Source of the DNA: Elainellaceae cyanobacterium
GTDB taxonomy: Bacteria; Cyanobacteriota; Cyanobacteriia; CAZCXK01
DNA: 53,986 nt
Assembly: GCA_051117555.1 (NCBI GenBank)
Contig: JBNPEG010000063.1
Span: 91,245-145,230 of the forward strand
Direction: 5' to 3'
Shown: positions 47,875 through 53,986 of the stretch, in pieces
How the letters are laid out: each line of letters opens with the position of its first letter
How positions within the stretch are numbered: position 1 is the stretch's first letter
Translations under genes and position numbers: made by a program
The notes under the pieces: generated by a model
The model's database searches: none
Told to the model about the DNA's origin: nothing
The model's input: only the letters and a program-made list of their open reading frames with translations

Positions 47875-48402
47875 GTGACAACGTTCGATATGATTCGATT
47901 TAGACCTGTTGCTACCGTTTTAGCGAGTGCATCACTGGCCGTTTCCCTGGCTAGTTGCAACACCGTGCTGACCAACGACTATGAAGCCACTGCCGTTACC
48001 ACCTATACATGGCAAGTCGAGTACACCATCGACCCCAATAAAACTCACGGCAGGCGACTTGAGCAATTTGCCTCGACCACTCTAGTCAACCAAAACGGCG
48101 TTATTCCTGATGGAGCCGTTACAGGACCGGATGACCGGGGGTTATGGTGGCCTGCCTTACCCCCGCGCCCAACCGTGGATGAAATGGAAGCGAGCCAGCG
48201 ATCGCGAGAAATCATCGGCACTCCCGAACTCATCAAGCGCGTTGACTATTCTCTGACCTATCAAGCTGATGGAGAAACCGTGACTCGCCCGACCGACTAT
48301 TCCGTCTATCGGCAAGCTGTGAAAGCCTATGAGAATGAGCGCCCCCTAGAGCTGACCTTGGGCATCGGCGATACCACCGTTGAAAAGGCAGAAGCGCGAT
48401 AA
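47875..48402 (+). CDS. Conserved hypothetical lipoprotein
   Basis: Lipobox SLAS-C; TYTWQVEY, GLWWPALPPRP; start may be ATG 47890. Confidence 0.75.
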   Translation: MTTFDMIRFRPVATVLASASLAVSLASCNTVLTNDYEATAVTTYTWQVEYTIDPNKTHGRRLEQFASTTLVNQNGVIPDGAVTGPDDRGLWWPALPPRPTVDEMEASQRSREIIGTPELIKRVDYSLTYQADGETVTRPTDYSVYRQAVKAYENERPLELTLGIGDTTVEKAEAR

Positions 48403-48414
48403 TTCAAATCAGGG

Positions 48415-49659
48415 TTATGCCTCTTGCATGAAGGCTTGAAAGGCGGGGTGATCTCGCGCTGCATCAAAGTCAGGATCGCTTTGAATAAGAGATTTGAGCT
48501 TTGGGTAGTAGTAGAATGCATCTCGAAGCTGATCAATCGCTAGGTCGATCTTGCCTTGCAGGATATAGTAATAGGCTCTGACATAGTAAGGATTGCCATA
48601 GTCAGGTTTGAGCCGCTGTCCGCGATCGAGGCTTTCGAGAGCGTCCTCATCACGACCTAGCTTGACTAACGCATAGCCACGGTGATTCCAAAATCGGAAA
48701 TAGTCAGGCTTGAGCTGGATTGCCCGGTCATAGCACTCCAGCGCTTCCTCATATTGATGGAGATTTCGGTGAGCGTAGCCTTTTCCAAACCAGCCCCAGG
48801 GAATATCAGGTTGCAACGCGATCGCCCGCTCATTGCAGGTGATTGCCTCGCTGTAGAATCCTGATTTACGAAGTGCCGTCCCCTTCCCTAACCACGCCGC
48901 TGGTAAGTCGGGATTGAGCCGAATGGCTTTGTCGTACGATGCGATCGCCTCTTGATACTGTTCTTCTAGCCCTAGCACATCGCCCTGCTTTACATAATCA
49001 TCGGCGCTCAGCGAAATTTGCGGATGACGGGATTTCAGTAACTCAAGCTGTTGAGTGAGATCTTTGATTTTGTCTTGCAGCTTCGGGGAAATGGTGTCTC
49101 GCTGCACTGAAGAGGGTACGATACGCTTAATTTCTTGAAAAATTACTTCTTTCTGATTTTGGGCATCGAGATAGAGTTCTTTCAGTTGCGAGAGCTGACG
49201 GACAAATTCGTCTCGCAGACGATTGATTTCCTGCCTAAATTCATCCGCCTGTCGCTGTACTTCATCGCGAATTTCTCGTTCTAACTGGCGTTCTACTTCT
49301 CGCTGAAGCTGATCTCGACTATCTTGCACAATTTGGTTGACAACGCTGCGACGCAAAAGCCAAATGTAGATAGCAGACAGGATAGGCAAAAACGTCAACA
49401 CGACTAGAAGAACGTTGATCAACACCATCGTGCCGTTGAATGAGCGATCGACCTCCTCTTGAATGCGATCGCGCAAAAACCCACTATCCTCTATTTCGTC
49501 TCGAATCAGGTCACGAAGGTCGTTTTGTTGAGCCACTAGCGCGTTGGGGGCAGGCACCTCATCCAGAGCGTCACGCTGAGCGATCGCTGAAGAGGTCATC
49601 ACGACTACAGCCAATCCGATTGTGAGAGCTAACGCGGATTTAGGGCGAAGAGACATCAT
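48415..49659 (-). CDS. Membrane-anchored TPR protein with coiled coil
   Basis: Signal peptide, TM helix, heptad region, about 5 TPRs (YQEAIASYDKAI). Confidence 0.88.
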   Translation of the reverse strand: MMSLRPKSALALTIGLAVVVMTSSAIAQRDALDEVPAPNALVAQQNDLRDLIRDEIEDSGFLRDRIQEEVDRSFNGTMVLINVLLVVLTFLPILSAIYIWLLRRSVVNQIVQDSRDQLQREVERQLEREIRDEVQRQADEFRQEINRLRDEFVRQLSQLKELYLDAQNQKEVIFQEIKRIVPSSVQRDTISPKLQDKIKDLTQQLELLKSRHPQISLSADDYVKQGDVLGLEEQYQEAIASYDKAIRLNPDLPAAWLGKGTALRKSGFYSEAITCNERAIALQPDIPWGWFGKGYAHRNLHQYEEALECYDRAIQLKPDYFRFWNHRGYALVKLGRDEDALESLDRGQRLKPDYGNPYYVRAYYYILQGKIDLAIDQLRDAFYYYPKLKSLIQSDPDFDAARDHPAFQAFMQEA

Positions 49660-49760
49660 ACGCGGCACGCAATCTGATGAGAGCAGACGGTCATGCCTAC
49701 TATAATTCACTTTGTTTGATTACACTCTGCCGTGTCTTTGGATTTAAGGGTGTCGTATTC

Positions 49761-50498
49761 TTACGAATCGTTGAGCATTTTGATGAGTCGCTGGGCATCG
49801 TTGGGCGCAATCCCCTTTTCATCAGCATCAAAGTAGCAATACACATCCTTTCCTTGCCGTGCCCAGGTTGAAAATGCGCCTGCCCAACCCGCTAATGCCT
49901 GGGTGGAATATTTGCCTTGATAGGGGGCTTTAGGCCCGTGGAGACGGAGATAGACAAAATCGGTCGTCACTTCGGTGGGCGATCGCTCGCCTCCCCAATC
50001 GTAAATGCACAGCGCAACGTCATATTTAGCCAATAATTCATAGGTGTCAGGAATCAACCAGGTGCGATCGCGAAACTCAAACGTATAGCGATACTCAGTC
50101 GGCAGTACGTTCAGAAAAGCAGCTAATCGCTCTAGATTGCAGTGCCAGCGGGGAGGCAGTTGAAACAAGATAGGCCCGGTTTGATCTCCCAAAATCTGGA
50201 CTCGTTCAAAAAAGTTTTGCACCGATTCTTCTGGGTCGTTAAGCTTTTTGCGATGGGTGATATAGCTGCTGGCTTTCACTGCGAATGTGAAGTCTGACGG
50301 CACACTGGCGCGCCAATGCTCAAACGTCGTCTTTTCTGGAAGCTGATAGAAAGAATTATTGATTTCAGCCGTATGAAAGTGGTTGGCGTAATAGTCAAGC
50401 CAGTGTTCGGTCGCAAGGGTGTCGGGATAAAACGAACCACTCCAATGGGGGTAGTGCCATCCTGACGTGCCGATGTGAATGCGATTCATCCGGTTCAT
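49761..50498 (-). CDS. DUF72 family protein
   Basis: IGTSGWHY.HW...FYP, EINNSFY, FQLPP, EFRD, YLRLHG. Confidence 0.93.
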   Translation of the reverse strand: MNRMNRIHIGTSGWHYPHWSGSFYPDTLATEHWLDYYANHFHTAEINNSFYQLPEKTTFEHWRASVPSDFTFAVKASSYITHRKKLNDPEESVQNFFERVQILGDQTGPILFQLPPRWHCNLERLAAFLNVLPTEYRYTFEFRDRTWLIPDTYELLAKYDVALCIYDWGGERSPTEVTTDFVYLRLHGPKAPYQGKYSTQALAGWAGAFSTWARQGKDVYCYFDADEKGIAPNDAQRLIKMLNDS

Positions 50499-50502
50499 AG
50501 CG

Positions 50503-51423
50503 CTAATCTGGGATTGTTGCCATCACGTCATTGAGTGCAGATCGAGCCTGGTCGAGACTGCACGGCTGGTTTAGCATGACCTGCCACGGATCAGGCTTTT
50601 GTCCCAATCGACGAAATAGATTTTGAATTGTGTAGCTCTGGGAATGTAGGCTGTGATCAGAAAGTTCGTCCCAATCGAGGGGCGTTGCGACAGGCGCACC
50701 CGGCTTTGCGCGAACAGAGTAGGGCGTAACCGACGTTTGGGCATACGCATTGCGTTTAGTATCCAGAAACAATCGTCCGTTTCGCTGCTCGATATATTGC
50801 GCGGTTGTTAATCGCTCTGGATCGCGATGTGCCAACACCGTTGCTAAATCTTGGGCAACGGTGCGAGCATCATCAAACGTGCTCGTGCAATCAAGAGGAA
50901 TCACTACATGTAAGCCTCGCGATCCGGTGGTCATCACGAAGGCATGCAGCCCAACGTCATGAATTATATCTCGGAGCGATCGCGCGGCATCCCGCACGAT
51001 TTCAAAATCATCACTGGGCGGATCGAGGTCAAAGATCATGCGGTCGGGATAGTTGAGGCGATCGCACTGACTCAACCAACTATGAGGAGTCATGCAGGCT
51101 TGATTGGCTAGATAAACCAGCGTCGCAGCCTGATCGCAGACTGCATGAGTGACGTGACCATTTTCTTTTTCGACCGAGACTCGCCGAATCCAGTCCGGGA
51201 AATAGTCGGGTGCATTCTGCTGAAAAAATCCTTCACCAGTCACACCATCGGGAAATCGATGCATATTCAGCGGACGATTTTGCAGATAGGGCATCATCAC
51301 ATCTGAAATACGCCTGTAGTAGTCAATCACGTCTCCCTTGGTCAGCTCCGCATCTGGAAAAAATACTTTTTCAGTATTTGAAAGATGGATCTCGTGAGAA
51401 TCAAGAGTGATAGATTGAGTCAT
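50503..51423 (-). CDS. Stand-alone LigD polymerase (AEP primase-polymerase) domain protein
   Basis: TKGDVIDYY, RFPDG, PDRMIFDLDP, TTGSRGLHV, PYSVRAKPGAPVATPL.WDEL. Confidence 0.92.
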   Translation of the reverse strand: MTQSITLDSHEIHLSNTEKVFFPDAELTKGDVIDYYRRISDVMMPYLQNRPLNMHRFPDGVTGEGFFQQNAPDYFPDWIRRVSVEKENGHVTHAVCDQAATLVYLANQACMTPHSWLSQCDRLNYPDRMIFDLDPPSDDFEIVRDAARSLRDIIHDVGLHAFVMTTGSRGLHVVIPLDCTSTFDDARTVAQDLATVLAHRDPERLTTAQYIEQRNGRLFLDTKRNAYAQTSVTPYSVRAKPGAPVATPLDWDELSDHSLHSQSYTIQNLFRRLGQKPDPWQVMLNQPCSLDQARSALNDVMATIPD

Positions 51424-51602
51424 GGCGATCGCGCTCCGATGACGTCGTGACGATATTGACCGTAGTGCTGTCTTACATGTTTACGCAATCTCATCGAGCG
51501 CTTTGAGCCGGTTCGGGCGATCGCGAGAAATCTCGCTTTTGCTGATAGGACTTGAGAGATGAAGTTTCTGACATGATGATGTAAGGGTTAGCATCGAGGA
51601 TG

Positions 51603-52163
51603 CTAGCTATATGTCCGTTTCAAGAAATTGGGAAACATCACCGTAAACAAACCGTTGACCAGCAACCCAATTCCTACAAGTAGTCCTAAAATCCAGGGGG
51701 CATTAGAGGGCCACTGCGACCAAATGAGGATGCCGAGAATGATGGTGATAATGCCGTTCAGTAATACCAATCCCCAATTCGAGGCAGGCTTAACTTGAAA
51801 TGCGAGAAATACGCGCAGCACTCCATCGATAAAGAAAAAGATGCCGACTACCAGTGTTAGTGATACAACACCCGCCAGCGGATTAAGCAGCAGTAGGACA
51901 CCCGCTGCAAGGTAGAGCAAGCTCAACACCACTTTGAGGGCGAGCGATCCGGCTCCATGCGAACGAAATGCATAGATAAACTGAACGATGCCGCCTAAGA
52001 CAAAGAGCGCTCCTAGCAAAAGCTCGATTGCGAGTGACGCAAATAACGGGCGGGCGATCGCCAAAATTCCCAAAACGATCATGAGAATGCCCAACCCAAC
52101 AAACCACCCCGACCCAACTCGTTCTAGTTCTTGTTCTTGCTGTAGTTGATCCTGGGTTTCCAT
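51603..52163 (-). CDS. HdeD/DUF308 family membrane protein
   Basis: Repeated GILMIVLGILAI..P pattern, about 6 TM helices; AGGAG RBS before ATG 52163. Confidence 0.88.
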   Translation of the reverse strand: METQDQLQQEQELERVGSGWFVGLGILMIVLGILAIARPLFASLAIELLLGALFVLGGIVQFIYAFRSHGAGSLALKVVLSLLYLAAGVLLLLNPLAGVVSLTLVVGIFFFIDGVLRVFLAFQVKPASNWGLVLLNGIITIILGILIWSQWPSNAPWILGLLVGIGLLVNGLFTVMFPNFLKRTYS

Positions 52164-52304
52164 GAATTCTCTCCTGTGCTTATCTGGTGAGGACATTCGT
52201 CGATCGCTCTCTCCGCTCATCAGGAACTCCTCCGACACATCGCTAAGTTGACGGGCGCGTTAAGAACCTAAGCTCTACTCAGCGTGATATCGCGCATCAC
52301 GCTG

Positions 52305-52478
52305 CTACTGCTGAGATTCTTCGTCTGTAATAGTCTGTGAAACTGGATCAGCCTTATCCATTACCAACTCCTGCGGATCGGTGGCTGGGTTTTCGGCAAG
52401 GTCTTCTTGCGCGTCGGCAACTGCTTCTGGGTTATCAGGTTGCATAGGCGTATTGTCAGCATCAGGGCGATCAGCCAT
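52305..52478 (-). CDS. 57-aa acidic hydrophilic small protein (below the ORF-track cutoff)
   Basis: GGAG RBS; MADRPDADNTPMQPDNPEAVADAQEDLAENPATDPQELVMDKADPVSQTITDEESQQ*; hairpin 52281-52303 just downstream. Confidence 0.6.
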   Translation of the reverse strand: MADRPDADNTPMQPDNPEAVADAQEDLAENPATDPQELVMDKADPVSQTITDEESQQ

Positions 52479-52734
52479 GATTAATACTCCAACGTCGAAC
52501 GTGCCCAGCTTAATGATAGGTTGTCGAGTTCACCACTCTATCGTCAGTCTTAAATGCCGAATAGTTCCGGACAATTATGCCAACGGGTATAGCTCATCGC
52601 CGACCCGATCTATCCCAACGGCAGACCTTCTCTTCTTTCTGGAGGGTGAAGACGTATAGCAACCGTACTCAGTCCCACGCCTTTCACAGGAGCGAAAAAG
52701 GTGTATGCACGGAGGTGTATGCAGCGCAACTAAA

Positions 52735-53208
52735 TTAACGCCGATTCGACCAACTCACCCACCGATGAAGAACCCCGGTATGGGTTGCGGCCTGGGAAAG
52801 TTCGGCATCTTTGAGGGTTGTGCCCGTCAAGTCTGCGCCACTCAATTCTGCATCATCTAATTGGGCACCAATTAAATTGGCATTGGTTAAATTTGCACCC
52901 CTCAAGTCGGCTTGGCGTAGATTTGCTCGACCCAGTTTTGCGCCCGTCAAATCTGCACCAATGAGATTAACCTCGCTTAAATTGGCACTTCGCAAGTCGG
53001 CATGACTCAAATCTGCATCCGTCAGGTTTGCTTGGCTTAAGTCTGCTCCACTCAGATTGGCATTGCGTAAATCAGCAGAACTGAGATCAGCCTGACGTAA
53101 TTTAATGCGCTTTAATTTTGCGCCACTGAGATTAGCATTATGCAAATAAACACCGCTAAAATCTCGTTTCTTGGATGAATATTGCTGTAACAGATCGTTC
53201 ACATTCAT
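52735..53208 (-). CDS. Pentapeptide repeat protein
   Basis: A(D/N)LxxA repeats throughout. Confidence 0.95.
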   Translation of the reverse strand: MNVNDLLQQYSSKKRDFSGVYLHNANLSGAKLKRIKLRQADLSSADLRNANLSGADLSQANLTDADLSHADLRSANLSEVNLIGADLTGAKLGRANLRQADLRGANLTNANLIGAQLDDAELSGADLTGTTLKDAELSQAATHTGVLHRWVSWSNRR

Positions 53209-53298
53209 AGTCTTTCCTCTCTTTTCTTATTACTAATGACTAAAATGGCAAAGTCAAATTGGGGAGCAATAGCTCCCCGAATCGAAATTTAAATTGAC

Positions 53299-53412
53299 TT
53301 AAAAAATGCCGATTAAAAACACGGCTGTTGCAAGACAAAGCACAATGAATGACACGATTAAAATGTCTGCAATACTTTCATCATGCTTCGCGACACGATG
53401 CGGATCATTCAT
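53299..53412 (-). CDS. 37-aa single-TM small protein (below the ORF-track cutoff)
   Basis: AGGAGG RBS; MNDPHRVAKHDESIADILIVSFIVLCLATAVFLIGIF*; hairpin GGGGAGC..GCTCCCC at 53261-53278 downstream. Confidence 0.55.
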   Translation of the reverse strand: MNDPHRVAKHDESIADILIVSFIVLCLATAVFLIGIF

Positions 53413-53563
53413 GAGAACCTCCTGCTGTTCTCAGCAATCCCTATGGTTTTAATTTTAAAAGGATTGGGTTAATTTATCACCTATCCACATAACAATTAAT
53501 ATTTCAGATGTTGATCTAATTCGAGGAACACGCCACCGAGGGCGATCGCACTTACACGAAAAC

Positions 53564-53986
53564 CTAAGCTCGACTTTATCCATTTGAGCTGAGGTGGCAG
53601 TAGCGAGGAGAATAGGTAAAACGCTGAAACCCTCGATCAAATGAACTTCGCACCACTAATGCTGCTGTTTAGCCCCTTGTTCTCCAGGCCAGTGTGGCAC
53701 TCAGCAATGGTGTTGGTAAGTGGCGCAATTCTAGCACCAGGGAAACGGACGGTGAGCGCAGCACTGAGGGCTATGGGTTTGGCAGAAGCGGCGAACTATC
53801 AAACCTATCACCGTGTCCTCAACCGAGCAGTCTGGTTATCTCGGAAGGCCAGCTTCATCGCCACCTTTAATTTCCTATGGGCATTGCGCCAGATTCCTCA
53901 GTCGGTGTACATTCGCTCCACCGCGCCGCCCCAGGCAAGTGGGTCGACCCTGTAGAGTAGGCCAGCGGCTGCCGTCGCTCAACCAA
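53564..53986 (+). mobile_element. IS701-family element remnant with disrupted transposase (runs off the window)
   Basis: Terminal CTAAGCTCGACTTTATCCAT; ORF 53641 FSRPVW..AMVLVSGAILAPGKRTVSAALR..YHRVLNRAVW, then an out-of-frame later segment APPRRPRQVGRP..GQRLPSL. Confidence 0.75.

Overview
Cyanobacterial chromosome window: the HIP1 octamer GCGATCGC is very frequent, and it carries ftrV, a CAAD/CurT-like gene, cyanobacterial-type zur and DUF4327. A filamentous non-heterocystous lineage is my inference and is not proven. Most of the window is core genome: tRNA-Gly(TCC), tRNA-Leu(TAG), an SLC13 permease, glcD/glcE/glcF, mscS, hspA, an HtrA protease, dacB, two PP2C phosphatases, rpsD, moaA, hisF, a PII paralogue, purQ/purS, zur, SPFH/NfeD, ftrV, malic enzyme, DUF72/LigD-Pol, HdeD and a pentapeptide protein. 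It ends in an IS701-like relic. The most striking non-genic signal is at 759-913: a collapsed type V-K CRISPR-associated transposon (CAST) end. It comprises a V-K-like repeat ending GTTGAAAG, a 17-nt homing spacer identical to the adjacent tRNA-Gly behind a GTG PAM, and a TGTACA/TnsB-type terminus exactly 62 bp from that PAM. Other candidates are an NsiR1-like sRNA with a DIF1-like promoter (30487-30570), a PII paralogue lacking R45/S49/E85, and a MerR regulator with three palindromic operators in front of a pseudo-receiver response regulator. Also present are a permuted papain-like peptidoglycan-binding protein, a secreted thioester-domain-like/YD protein, several MITE families (one nested, with an empty-site homologue in the window) and unannotated small ORFs. 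All family calls come from motif recognition and memory; no searches were run.
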